DNA from: Octopus sinensis
Taxonomy: Eukaryota
DNA: 64,000 nucleotides
Direction of reading: 5' to 3'
Assembly (NCBI RefSeq): GCF_006345805.1
Contig: NW_021836126.1
Coordinates: forward strand, 62,001-126,000
The notes under the pieces were generated by a model. It did not search any database, was not told the origin of the DNA, and saw only the letters and a list, made by a program, of their open reading frames with translations. A program made the translations under genes and the position numbers. Position 1 is the stretch's first letter, and each line of letters opens with the position of its first letter. Of this stretch, positions 1-12,329 are shown in pieces.

Positions 1-201
1 GGTGGTAGTGATTACTGTCATTGCCCAGACATGAGTCGAGAAGAGGCAGTCGAGCTCGTCCAGAAGTGTGTTGACTGTGTTGGTTATACTCCACATTTGT
101 AGATACAAAAACGATTCATTGTCGATTTGGGGTCATTCTACATGCAGATAATCGACAAGGAGGGGATATCCACCACTCAGTTGGTCACAGCCACTCCCTA
201 A
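1..201 (+). CDS. PSMB2: Proteasome subunit beta type-2, 3' end (gene truncated by window start)
   Basis: Spliced translation PDMSREEAVELVQKCVDC|IQKRFIVDLGSFYMQIIDKEGIST..* resembles the PSMB2 C-terminus ([31 protein letters not shown]). 24-nt GT-AG intron at 79-102; TAA at 199-201. Confidence 0.8.
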
Positions 202-584
202 TCTGTCCTTACTATTATGGCTTATTACTTTTTTTATTTAACCCAAGAATCACCAACAGTTAATTAGAGTAATTAATTAGGTGATTCCAACAATCCTCTC
301 AAAAAGTTCAGACCTGCCAACCATTGCACAAAGTCAACCTGAATTGAGTAAACTAATGAAATTCTACGCAGGAATCAGCCACAAGAATCATCTAAAGATA
401 AACTCATATTATGTAAACAATAAACCAAAGAAATCAAGCACACCTACCTATATATCCTCTGCTGAAATTGCGAATTACCTGGTAAGATTGCTATAAATAT
501 TCTCTGGTACAGCCGGCTGGTTTCCCGGTGGTCAAAGGTTTTCTTTCCGACCAGTTTCCCAATTATAGACAGAATCCTCTTCCT

Positions 585-747
585 GGCCGGCCCAATCACA
601 CCATTGGGACAAAGTTGTACGCGTCAGGAAGGGGTGCGTACTTCCTCCGTTTGGTTTCCTCGGCCCGGTGAGAAGCGAAGCCAGGAAACGACGCAGACTG
701 AATAACCTTGGAGCAAATGTGTCCGCACAGGTAACACCGTCAAGGTC
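585..747 (-). mobile_element. Non-LTR retrotransposon restriction-like endonuclease fragment (CRE/HERO-like)
   Basis: Minus strand, one frameshift: DGVTCADTFAP / ASHRAEETKRRKYAPLPDAYNFVPM. Matches the D.T..DT.AP..A..AE..K..KY..L...F.P motif of REL-type elements. Confidence 0.6.
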
Positions 748-902
748 AATTATGATAATATCTTTAATTTTGATTTGTGGTTAATAAAGATATGTGAAAT
801 TTAATTTAAAAGTGAAAATCCTAGAAAATTGATTTTTTATCACGAATAATTAAGAGCACCTCATTGCTCATATTCTCGCTGTCGTTTTTATTAACATATT
901 GA

Positions 903-1126
903 AAATAATTCTTTAATTTTTTGTTTAAAGGTTTTAATTGACCTCATCATCAGAGTCGAGAACATTCACGTTGTTCATTTTAACCAAAATGCAAAAAATA
1001 ATTTTTTGTGGAAAAGGTTTTAAGCATCTCATCTGTGAATCGAGGACATCTTTGTTGTTGATTTTAACTAAAATGCCGAAAATAATTTTTTGTCGGAAAA
1101 GTTCTAAGGACCTCATCATCGAGAAT
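903..1126. repeat. Degenerate ~85-bp tandem repeat (about 2.5 units)
   Basis: gacctcatcatc-like and aaaataattttttgt..aaaag motifs recur at ~940, ~1025 and ~1109. Confidence 0.6.
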
Positions 1127-1347
1127 ATTCTTAATACGTCGGATTTTTAAGATTCTTGAAGGACCCCATCATTTTGAACTGTTTCCCCATTATTGACTAA
1201 TTATAAGGGCAAAGGATTTTGCCAATATAGGCATAGAACGCGACATATTTGTATCTCACAATATTTTAATTATTTATAATTTAAATAGTATTTTTTTACT
1301 TAAAAAATTAATCGAGTCACATTCAATTAATTTTTCTGTTGAAAATC

Positions 1348-1783
1348 ATGTTATTCCATACAAATTGGAAAGGAATTACTTTATTTTTTCAAAGGTTCAC
1401 TCTGCAATCACAAAAACGTATTATTCCTGCATTTAATTTGAAGACCTATGGCTCGCAATTTTCGCAACGGTGTTTCTAACAATGTTATCAGAGTTACTGC
1501 TTGTTTAGAAAAAATTGTGACATGTAAATACGGCAGAATCTGTAAAATAAATTATCGCTATGTGCAAACACTGAAATCCTTGTCTCATTTGGGCAAATCC
1601 GCAATTCTCACAATTCGACTCGGAATAAATTACATTTTAATGTTAATATTCATGTCTCTCAACTATTATCTGTGCTCGGCCGTTTTGGTTGGATTTTTTC
1701 TAAGTCAGATCTTCATTTCTCCCATTCAAATATCAGTCCAGAACTATCATGCTCTCAGCGACGAAAATGATTTGTGCTGCTAA
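1348..1783 (+). CDS. Ctr/SLC31-family copper transporter (multi-exon, junctions only partly resolved)
   Basis: N-terminus MLFHTNWKGITLFF, TM1-like LWLAIFATVFLTMLSE, MxxxM motif in INYILMLIFMSLNYYLCSAVLVG, C-terminal Cys pair. One junction after TM1 could not be placed. Confidence 0.6.
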
Positions 1784-1937
1784 TTACTTTTTTTCTTATT
1801 CCCAATTTTCAATAAATTTAATCAAATCTTTACTACGGTCAGTCTAATCATTGAAAAAATGGTTTTCAGATGTTTGTTAAAAACACTGAGTAAAGTAATC
1901 TAAAGGACTTTTGCCGAATACATTAATTAGTGGTATA

Positions 1938-3379
1938 CAGTGGTCGTCAAAAAAAATTGCTCACCAATGTTTATGTCTTTATATAGCATTATTCTGATTT
2001 ATTTTTTTGTAAACATCTTTAAGTAGTATTTTATTATTATACCTTAATTTTTATAATAAAATTTTTCTTTTTTATTTACAAACTTAAACAAAAACAAAAA
2101 ATTGCAAGACAAAAAACATTAGCACAAATTTGGAAATCTCATTATCAGTAATTAATATGTCCTCCCCTTGCTAAATATAAAGAATAACTCCTTTTTCTCA
2201 TTGAATTTACTAAGTTTTGTAAAAAACTTTTAGGAATTGACTGCCAAATTTTCATAATATTTGTCTTTAGGTCCTCTTTACTTTTCGGGGGATTTTTAGC
2301 TAATTCTTTTTTCATAAAGCACCATACATGCTCTATTGGGTTAAGATCCGGTGATTGCGATGGCCAATCAAGAATAATATATTTTTTGGTTTCGAAATAT
2401 GCCTTAACCATACGAGATGTATGGCATGGAGCATTATCCTGTTGAAAAATAAACAAGGATAAGCCCATTTTTTCAGCTGATTGGTCCAGATTATTAGACA
2501 GTAAATTTATATAATATCCAGAGTTCATAGTTTTTTCGATAAAAACCAAATTGCCTACACCACTATACGATATACAGCCCCAAATCTTAACTTTCCCTAC
2601 TCCGAACTTAACAGTCGGCAGCAAATGTGCATTTTTTAACTCCGTTTTATTTTTTCTGTAAACAAGCTGATGTTTTCTGTTGTTAAAAACATCGAACATT
2701 GACTCATCTGAGAATATCACCGATTTCCATGTACTATCAGATATCGATAAAAATCGTAGTGACGCAGACCATCTCGAAATAATATTTTTTGAGAAAGCAA
2801 TGGCTTTCTTTTTGCTACACGACAATATACCCCATTTTTATTCGAAGTTCTCAGAATTGTCCTAGGGGAAACATCAATATTGAAAGTTTCTTTAGTTTTG
2901 TTGGACAAATCCACTGCCAACAATGTAGGATGTGATTCGGTTTCATTACATAAAAATTGTATTTGGGGGGAACTTAGTTTCGGAAGACGTCCTGACCCCG
3001 CTCTCCGATGCAGTGTTCCAAATTCTTGAAATTTTCGAATATTAAATGAAATTGTGGAATACGGCAAATTAAGTATTTTTGAGATTTCTCTGATTGATTT
3101 ACCCTCTTTGAAGTAAGCAATAATCATCCCTTTTTTAAATTCAGTTAACTGTTTCTTGGGAGAACGTGGAATATGGAATAACAAGAAAAGTGAGCAATGT
3201 TTTTTGTCACGAGAGTTAAATTTTTATGCTTTAAATTCCTTATATTGAAATAAAATCGCATTAATAAATTAATATACTTAAGAATTAGAATAAAAAATGA
3301 AGCGTAAGATTAAATTTTTTATTAATTTGTTAATAAAAGCATGAAAAAATGGCTGAGCAATTTTTTTTGACGAGCACTG
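1938..3379 (-). mobile_element. Tc1/mariner (DD34E) transposon, full length, one frameshift
   Basis: 26-bp TIRs (cagtggtcgtcaaaaaaaattgctca, 1 mismatch); TA TSD at 1936-37 and 3380-81. HTH ORF 2717-3184 plus catalytic ORF 2145-2825 (FSDES, QQDNAPCH, SPDLNPIE). -1 frameshift in the T6 run at 2785-2790. Confidence 0.95.
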
Positions 3380-3497
3380 TATTATGTGACAGCGCATTAC
3401 ACATTGGGAACCGGTTACATTTTTTGATTTTGTAGACGTTTAAATAAAAGCTTTTGGTTATCAGTGATAACGTATTTGTGATAAGTTATCACAAATA

Positions 3498-5990
3498 CAG
3501 TTGAACCCCTGCCTCAATAAAAGTCCGCCGCCAAATACAGAGGGTATGATAATTTATACTTTTTTAACTTTTTCTTTAAATAAAATAGCATTTAAATCAA
3601 TTGTTTATTTTATGAACTGTCATATCTTAAACCAATTGTTGAAAATATTATTTGTCATCCATGCATTTTTGGACGCATCGTATATAATTTGTATTAATTT
3701 AAAACCATTAATTCACAATCCTCAGTTCTTATATTTTAATGCATCTGGGTGATTTATACTTTCCAATAACCAAAGGTTTAACTTTTCACCTTTAGTAGAA
3801 CAGCATAAAAGAAGGATTGCTATTTTTTCTTTACAAATTTTTCTACCTAAGTAATTTTCATTTTTAGTGACAAATAATTTAATCGGCTTCTTTTTAATTA
3901 AAAGTCAGGTTTCGTTACAATTAAAAATGTCTCCCATGTTCATAAAGTCATCATACTCTTCGTAAATTTTTTTAATTAAATTTTTGTCGGAGGAATTCTT
4001 TTCACCAAAAATTGCTCTAAAACAGGCCTGGCCAACCCAAATCGCATCGCGGGCCACTTTGTCCAAATGAATCCTTTCCGCGGGCCGCATATACATGTAC
4101 ATACTAAGGATAGATATCAAAACAACACAGATAAGATTTTATTTAGTAAAATAGCATTCAGTCCAATTATACGTATCAATGAGAAATCTGTTTTTCTTTA
4201 TCTTCACTTAATTTTTTCAAATCACTTCACAATTACTAGTTGCACATCTTAATTGGTTTTCTAAGTTTTTATCTGTTAAAGAAGATCTATATCTACTTTT
4301 ACTAAACTTTAATTTCGAAAAGAATGATTCACATACGTAAGTAGATCCAAAGGAGCTTACAACTCTTTGTGCAAAAATTCTTAAGTTGGGATATTTTTCT
4401 GCAGTCACATATTTGTTATAAAAGTCAATTTTGGATATAGTAGGATAAACAAGTCTTAGTTCACTGTTGCACTGTAGGTCAATTATTTCCGTCTGCAAAG
4501 TATTTGAAACAATAGAAACGTCAACATGAAATGGAGAAGAAAATGTTTCAAACATTTTCTCATATTTTTTTAGTTCCGAGAATCGACTGTCAAATGCTGC
4601 AGCAAGATTTTTTATTTCATCAGCGTACTTGAAGAAATTTTTACAATGGCTGATTTTAAATTGATTTAGCGTTGGAAAATGTTGATCATTTCCATTTCTT
4701 ATTTGACATTCAAACAATGACAATTTCATTCGAAATGCTTTGACTTGATGGCATGCATTAGTAATCAAATTATCCTGTCCTTGTAACTCCTTGTTTAATT
4801 GATTAATTTTTTCGGTTATATCTACCAAAAAGCACAGATCTAGCATCCATTCTTCATCATTTAATTCAGTTAATGTCATTTTCTTATGCATCATAAAACT
4901 TTTGATTTCTTCTCTCAAGTCGAAAAAACGTTTTTAAACATTTTCCGCGACTCAGCCATCTGACATTGGAAAAATACACAAGATCACCATAGTGAGAATA
5001 TAACTCGTTCAATAATTCTTTAAACTTTATCTGGCAAAATGTCTTTCACGACAGCATCCAAACACTCTTTTACGAATTCTCCATCCGAAAATGATTTCAT
5101 TCTCTTTGAAATTATCATTGCAACAGAGTAAGTAGCTTGCTTTAACAGTATCAGAAGAAGAGTGTATCGATGAATTTAATAGTCTTTGCTGATTTCTCAA
5201 TTCAGATTTAAGCGAATCCAGTTTCCTTGTTTTCAATTCCTTACTAAATTTCGCGTATTCGGAATGCTTTGTTTCATAATGTCTTCTTACATTGTACTCT
5301 TTCACCACCGATACTTTCTCCTTGCAAATTAAACATGTTGGCTTGGAATTATGCATTATAAAAAAGTAATCTTCTTCCCAATGATTGCTGAATTGCCTGT
5401 TTTCTTCAAAAATTTTCCTTTTCTTCATATTGATAACAGCTACAAAAATAGATAAACTTTAAAATTTATTAAACTTATAAAATTTATCTTTATTTATTAA
5501 ACTTAAGAAAAATTTATCTTGAATGTATTTATAGGTTAACTACATACAAAATTTCTCTCGCGGGCCGCACCAAACTCCATCGCGGGCCGCATGCGGCCCG
5601 CGGGCCTTGGGTTGGCCAGCCCTGCTCTAAAAGATAGTTCATTAAGTTTTTTAAAGTGGTCTAGCTATCCATTAGAGTCTTTAAAACTGCTAAAATTTAC
5701 CCGAGTCGCGATATTTCTGGCATTTTATTTAATCTTTGTTCAGATTCGTGAAAAGTTCAAAACCAGACGATCGAGTTTTGATGATAAATCTGATTCATAG
5801 TCTTTGTATAGAACTACGTCAGTAATGGGATTTGAATCAAATCCTTGTCTAGTTTCCATTTTTATTGTAAATACTGTTCCCTTCCCAACTTTAAACATCT
5901 TGGATATTTAGCTTTCAAATATAGAGTTTGCCAATGGCACAAAATTTTTTTTCCTTAAACCACAAGAAAGTTTTTTAGCATAACCACTAA
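3498..5990 (-). mobile_element. Degenerate pogo/Tigger transposon interrupted by a hAT element
   Basis: Minus-strand remnants FKDSNG*LDHFKK (~5650), then DIFNCNET, PLVIGK..SPRC and SKNAWMT on the far side of the hAT insertion. Tigger-like end ta-cagttgaaccc at 3496. Confidence 0.7.
4023..5624 (-). mobile_element. hAT transposon (GTF2IRD2/SPIN/Charlie-like), internally deleted
   Basis: 16-bp TIRs caggcctggccaaccc / gggttggccagccctg; 8-bp TSD ctctaaaa (4015-22, 5625-32). BED-type N-terminus 5027-5428 is joined directly to the VRWLSRGK region and the dimerisation domain (FGSTYVCESFFS). Confidence 0.93.
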
Positions 5991-6295
5991 GCCACACGCT
6001 ATTATTAAAAAAATAATGCATAAAAATTTTATTTAAATTTATTTAAAAAATGCCCCAATAAGCGGGGTCGATAATTAGTTAATTTAGTATTCTATCGTTA
6101 GAAATTTGAATAATTTCTTTGGTCAATAAACTATTAAATAAACTGCTATAAAATGGACTTTAGAAATAAAAGTGGCTCAAATTGTTCCCCAAGGCTCATT
6201 AACTTTTTCTCTCTTTTTCGGCTTTTCCTTTTAAATAAATAAATTCATTCATTCACATAGAAAGAAATAATTAAGAATGTCATATTTGATTAAAC

Positions 6296-6917
6296 CAGGG
6301 GTCGGCAAATCGCGGCCCGTGGGCCAAATTAGGCCCAGGAAGATTTAAAAATGGCCCGCGAACAAATTTTATAATACTAAGGGAAATTGGCCCGACAAAT
6401 TTTTCCAACTAACATGGCCCGCGGGCAAATTTAGTAAAGTACTAGACTTTTAATAATATAGATTTATACATACATTTTATCTATTATTTAAAATTAAATA
6501 AATTTATAAACGTGTTAATAATTTTGTGTGGTGAATTTGAATGCCGAATTGTTCGAAAAGAACTAAAGATCTTCAAACCCGTACGTTTAATCCAGATTGG
6601 ACTCATGAATATTTCTTGAGACAGTACCAGGGTGTTATCAAATGGAATTACTTGAAATTCAATGCGACAGTACACTTAAATCAAAATATTTTTCTGAAAT
6701 GGATGTTTTGAGCTTCTACAAAAATTTTGTATGTGTCAGAAAATATCCTCAATTAACCGACAATGCTATGAAAATGTCTTGTATATTTGGAAGCACATTT
6801 TTATGTGAACAGTTATTCTCTAAAATGAATAATGTAAAAAATTGTCTGAGAACGAGGATTACTGATTCACATCTTAACGATATATTACGTTTAGCAACTA
6901 GTCAGATTAATGAGTAA
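6296..6917 (+). mobile_element. hAT remnant (one end plus dimerisation domain)
   Basis: End caggggtcggcaaa at 6296 with ggcccg subterminal repeats; IFGSTFLCEQLFSKM..RTRITDSHL at 6642-6917. No matching second TIR found. Confidence 0.7.
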
Positions 6918-7214
6918 AATAAATAAGTCAAGTCATATTAACATAAAAACGATGACTAATTATTTTCATCTAAATAATAAATGAGATAAAAATTTATTAT
7001 TTCATGAATCACAGTGTTAATTCCAGAAATATTACTAAACTTTTTGAAGGTTTCATTCAACACCGAGTGATGTGTCGTATTATACGAATAAGTTACTTTG
7101 TCTAAATATAGTTTCCATTTTTTTATTTTTCCATCAGTTTTGCAATACTTTGTTTCAATGTTTGTTTAAAGCGGTCAATCACACCTTAATTCAGTTAAAC
7201 TTATAAACTTGGAC

Positions 7215-7760
7215 TGTTAAACTTTTTGATTTTATTTTTTTGCATATTTGACTTATCAGCTGTTTTTTGAATTCCACTCCGTTGTTGGAAACTCGAAAAT
7301 AAATTGTTCCGTAACATATTGATAACTGATTTTGTAAATAAAATTCTCATCCGTTGTCTGTTTGTAAAATTTGGCAATATCAAACTTGACAAAATTTTTT
7401 TAGTTTATTTATAGCTTCTAAAATAAGTATCATTAAAAGCAGTTTTATTTTTTAAGAATTTGCAGACTTTGAATTTGTTGTAAATGTTGATGATTGTTTG
7501 TTAAAATATTTATATTTGTTAACATTAAAAGGATTCCCTCAAAATCTTTCATGTGGACTTCTTGCAGTTACATGGTAATTAGAATCGATACCTAAGTATA
7601 TTTATTTAAAAATTTTTTTAGCGGCTCGGGCAAATTTACAAATTTCTCAGTCTTTTATAATTCATTCAATAATTAAGCGTTTCGCAGAAAAAAGAAATTT
7701 ATTACATTTCTTATGAAGTTTTTGTATTCTCTGGCGGCATTCTTGTGAATAGCGAATTCG
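7215..7760 (-). mobile_element. Ginger-like integrase remnant related to the element at 58979
   Basis: Reverse complement shares gattctaattaccatgtaactgca, aaaaataaaactgct and LQTDNG-type segments with 59449-59750. Confidence 0.6.
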
Positions 7761-8454
7761 AGTGTTTTCATCTCAATTTCATTGTCTAAGTAACTAATTA
7801 ATTTATGTTTTTAGTTATTCTAGTTTTTTGGATAAAGATTGAATTAGGAATAGAAAATATGCCGTCATCAATTATAAATTAATTCTTTTTTATAAGTTTG
7901 TATTTTTCTAATTTAGATGTAGTTTTTGCTGTGAGTTTTTCACTTAACCCAAGGAATATTGTAGCACATCCCGTAAGAGCATTAACAGTAAAATTTATAT
8001 TCCCACACGTGAGTTTTTCACTTTTTACATTTACAAGAAATCCCCTGCAAAATCATCCCTATCCTGTGGACCAGATCTGATTCCAACAACCTTGCTAAAG
8101 CAGCTTGGTCCCATCGGAATGATGCAGTGACAAAAATTTTCAACTATTCCGTTAACCAGAATCAAATACCAAATACACTTAAACCTCTCTATAATGCCAC
8201 GCCGCTTATTGCCACGTCATTTTTTGGTTCTTCTTTGAATTTCTCTTTATAATGCCAAATCCCGCCACTCAGTTATTGCCACGCCAATTATGTGCCTTAT
8301 CCGATATAACGCCATTCAAATTTTTAAATTATTTTACTTTTATTTAAGATTTACACCAATTTTTGCTGGCATACCATAATTTTTGACAATAAACTCAATA
8401 AACTATTTCACTAATCACGTTGTTCTGATTTCTAACAAAGTTTTCATAAAAATA

Positions 8455-9640
8455 ATGAAGAGTACAACATTATAAAATTTATCCTCGAAGGACAAGACCT
8501 GAACATCTCAACTTCTCGGAAGTACAAACTAAAAAAGAAGGCTGAAAAATTCGTTTTAATAGACGGAAAGGTCTATCTTCAAGATTATTTATCTAATCAC
8601 AAACTTGTTATTGCCTCAACCTACAAACATGAGATGTGGACAATTGCAGAAGATATCCACGACGCTAACCATTATGGACACAAGGCACTCGAAGAATTGT
8701 GTGGAAAACGATTTTGTTTTGTTAAAAGAAATGTTATTCGTCAGGTGGTAAGAGACTGTGATATATCCCAGTCTGCAGGTCCGCTGAAACAATATGACGA
8801 CGTAAGTCATATTTTTGCGGATGTACCGAATGAGAGATTTTAGATTGATCTTATTGACCTATAAAGGTATAAAATTGTGTTATTCCCAAAGTTTGAAAAT
8901 GACAATGATCAATTTTCTTGGTTGCTGACTGTGATTGACGTCTAGTCGAGATATGCTTTCACCAGGAACCTACTGAACAAAAGTGGAAGAGAAGTTGCCA
9001 ATAAGTTAGAAGAAATTTTTATTGATCACGGACCTTGTAAATATTTGCAATCAGACAATGGTACGGAGTTCAAGAATGATTATATAAGAAAACTCTGTCA
9101 AGAGTACGCAATTGTTCAAATTCATGGACGACCCAACAATCCCCAGAGTCAGGGGATAGTTGAAAGATTTAATCAGACAATCACAAAGAGTTTATCCAAA
9201 TTGATGGCTCCGGTTGATAAAAACGAGTGGATAAAACACATTCGAAAAGCTGTGTTTTTGTACAATCAGAGAGCTCATTCATGTAAATTGCATTTGTATA
9301 TTTTCTAGGCGTTAGTCCATTGCTGGAATCAACACTGTTGTTGAATCAGGCGTTGACGAAAATTCGAAAAGTTTTGATATGGAAGAATTTGAAGTTGTCG
9401 AAAATCCCGACATTTATAATAAAGGTTTTTTATTGTTATTTATTAGTAAAGATGATGAGTGCCAGTTTAATTTTGAGAGAATGAATTTGCAGTCTTCATA
9501 TTATAGAAAAATGAATAAAAAAATGGGAGTCTACCGATAAAAATATGAGTTAGATGTTGGGGATATTGTATTCTATTTTTAATTACTTAAAGGTTCGTGT
9601 ACAAAAAGATTATGGGACGAATCTTTCTCTTTGATTAAAA
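8455..9640 (+). mobile_element. Ginger/KRBA2-like DDE integrase pseudogene
   Basis: H-H-C zinc-binding region (IHDANHYG..VVRDC) followed by IDLID, LQSDNGTEFKN and PQSQGIVERFNQT, with several stops. No RT or LTR seen nearby. Confidence 0.8.
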
Positions 9641-10009
9641 AAATTTGAACATCCGTATGGGGATCCAGTAACTATTGTCGAGAAATAATGTTTAATTATC
9701 ATTTATTAATTGTCAATAATTGACCTTAGTTAACTTTGATGTAATAGATTATTTTTATTTTTGACAATCATTTACATTGATAGATCGCTCTCAGCACTCG
9801 ATCAAAAGGTTTCAAAATATTGTTTTGAATAACAAGCAAAAAAATTTGAGCGGGGTCGCGTTATAATTCCATCTTGCCTATTGCCATGAAATATTTGGTT
9901 TTTTTTCGAGACAATATAGAAAGGATTAAGTGTAGATGAAAAAATTCTCTTATACGCCCAATTCTCAAGCTGGGCTGACCTCGATTTGATAACCCCTACT
10001 CTCCCCCTT

Positions 10010-10330
10010 ACATACATCCAACATGGTTTCCGGAGTAATTTCTCTACCTCGACACATCTTACCACATTAACCCAGTTTATAATGGAAGGTTTCCAGTTTC
10101 CAGAAAGATACTGACTCAAAAAATAACCTATCCATCAACTCGAACATAAAACTTTGACTTTCAAATTTCCTCAGCGAAAGAAGAGGGCTGAATGGAATCA
10201 AATCAATCTCAAGATTGCTTCCAAATGGAGTTCCCCAAAGCTCTCCCTTTCTCCTGCTCTATTCAATTTATACCTATCCGACATTCCTAACCCTGAAATG
10301 GAGAACTCAACCATTATGGCTTATTAATGC
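10010..10330 (+). mobile_element. LINE reverse transcriptase fragment
   Basis: IQHGFRSNFSTSTHL and GVPQSS..SPALFNLYLSDIP..IMAY remnants with frameshifts. Confidence 0.6.
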
Positions 10331-10346
10331 GAAATAATGAAAGTGA

Positions 10347-11112
10347 CTAGTCCTCCTGATAAATGGCAGCCTGCAACTCAGTTTTGGTAATCGTGTCTTT
10401 CAAGTCCATGAGCCTCTCACATCGCTGTAGAGAAGCATAGTAGGAATCCCGTTCAGACTCCACTTTAAGGACATGGTTGTACAAAGTCTCATACTATTGA
10501 TTATACAACTAAACACACCTCACTCCTGACCAACTGCAGTTCACTTTTAAGAGAGGTCACTTCAGAATTATTGACAGCAGTCTTGAGAGAGGCCACCTCA
10601 GAATTAACAGCAGTCTTGACAGGACGTATTTCCCGACTCTGCTTGGCCACCCCAAACCACCTTCTGTGGCGGAGAGTGGTCTCCTCCCTGGAAGAGGGGT
10701 CGTAGTTCATTAGGAATAGTTTGTGGAACCACTGCACGAACTCGTAGTTGTCCTGGAATCGGCCTTTCGCCAATTTCTGGATGGGCACCACTTTGTCCAC
10801 GCCTGTCTTCGAAAAGAGGTTTTGCAGTTCTTTCAGGTTCTGGAAATACTCGTATTCTTGACATGCCTTGGTCTTTAGTTTCGAAGGGGAAAGGATTTCT
10901 CTCAATTAAGGAATACTGTACTTGGGAATAAAAAGTCCATGAGAATGCAGTAGTGGTACCCTTTCGCTAAATCCTCCACTTTTTCTATTTGGAAAGGAAT
11001 AAAGTCATTGACCCACTCCACCACCTGATTCCGACTGATGTTGTCGGTTGTCACGCTTGTACTTATCACATTCACTGCCTAGGGTCGATTACAGTATCGA
11101 TATTACTACCAT
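10347..11112 (-). CDS. MAPRE: Microtubule end-binding protein EB1 (MAPRE family)
   Basis: ATG followed by a 31-nt intron, then AVNVISTSVTTDNISR..GYHYCILMDFLFP, GRFQDNYEFVQWF (CH domain) and ESERDSYYASL (EB-homology domain). Three short GT-AG introns; TAG at 10347-49. Confidence 0.92.
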
Positions 11113-11957
11113 AATAACACACCACAAGGATATGGACGGGAATGTACTATTAATGACACTTTATACAAGTTGTTGACCATTTAAATATTCTTATGAAAAA
11201 ATAGAAATTATATTAAATAAATTGACAGGTTATTTGTTATGAATTAGTATTTGTTGGTCACTGGTTCATCCCATTCTCAGATATCCACTACCATCACGGT
11301 TATGACGGACACTTTCAACATGGTGACTGTCCTCTATTGGATCGACCAGTGAATCTTGTTCTTCAACCTGAACACTTTGGGGCACAACATGATGTGCCAT
11401 CGACAACAGACAAATCATAAGTAAATAATTCATTGAACAACTCTCTCGACTGACATATAGATAAGTCACGAATAACATATTGAAATATGTCACAATCAAT
11501 GCATATAATCAATCATATTCTCTATCCCTGACCTCAGAAGTGATTATGAAATACAGCAAATCAATGATCGATTATTCAATATCTTTATTTTGTTAATAGT
11601 TAGAATGATTAACCAGATGTATACTCAATTGAACACACACCGACGTACTGCCTTAATTTAGTGTCTATTGATATACAAAGTATTTGAATTTGTTTCCAGA
11701 AAACTCAGAATTCGGCTGTAAGAATTGAAAATCTTGATAATTTATCAAGTTGTATGATATTAGATAATTCGGGTCGTTAATTCAAAGAAAACTCATATGG
11801 CCACTATCGCACAATTCTTATCTCGAAAATACAATTCCGGAAATGTAAATGAATTGATAATATCAAAGCTGATGATTCATCAAAGCTGATATTTCACGTG
11901 AATATTTATGGAAAATTAAAAACCCATTTAGTCAAATCTATCACTACCAACTGATTT

Positions 11958-12110
11958 GTGAAAATCCGAGTTGACACAAACCTTCCGGCGGATAATGCTG
12001 TCCCGGATAACAAGTCCGACATATTTGTTTACGACAAATCGAACAACAAAATTACACTTGTCGAGGTGAGGATTATTTCACAAAATTGTTTCAAGCAGGT
12101 CGAAGTGGCT
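11958..12110 (+). mobile_element. Non-LTR REL-endonuclease fragment
   Basis: KIRVDT..NKSDIFVYDKSNNKITLVEV resembles the PD-(D/E)xK domain of R2/R4/NeSL-type elements; same family as 20585-20910. Confidence 0.65.
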
Positions 12111-12329
12111 TTATCCAAGAGAATTTATAAACCATTTAAAGTGCCCTTAAACGGGTATATTTCAAATGAATCTTTGGAAAGAGCTTTCGGATTCCGTCGA
12201 AGACTTACCAGAACATCTTTCCACGATCATTAAAATGAGAATGCATTAATACTATTCACCCTTCCACAATTCTCCATGGAAGAATCACTACGACAAAACG
12301 AGTATTTTAAACAAAACCACTAGAAATGA

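Noticed and set aside
5972-6000. tRNA-like A box (gcgtgtggcttagtggtta, minus strand; similar at ~24058)
   Set aside because: No B box or cloverleaf follows; it lies within decayed TE sequence.
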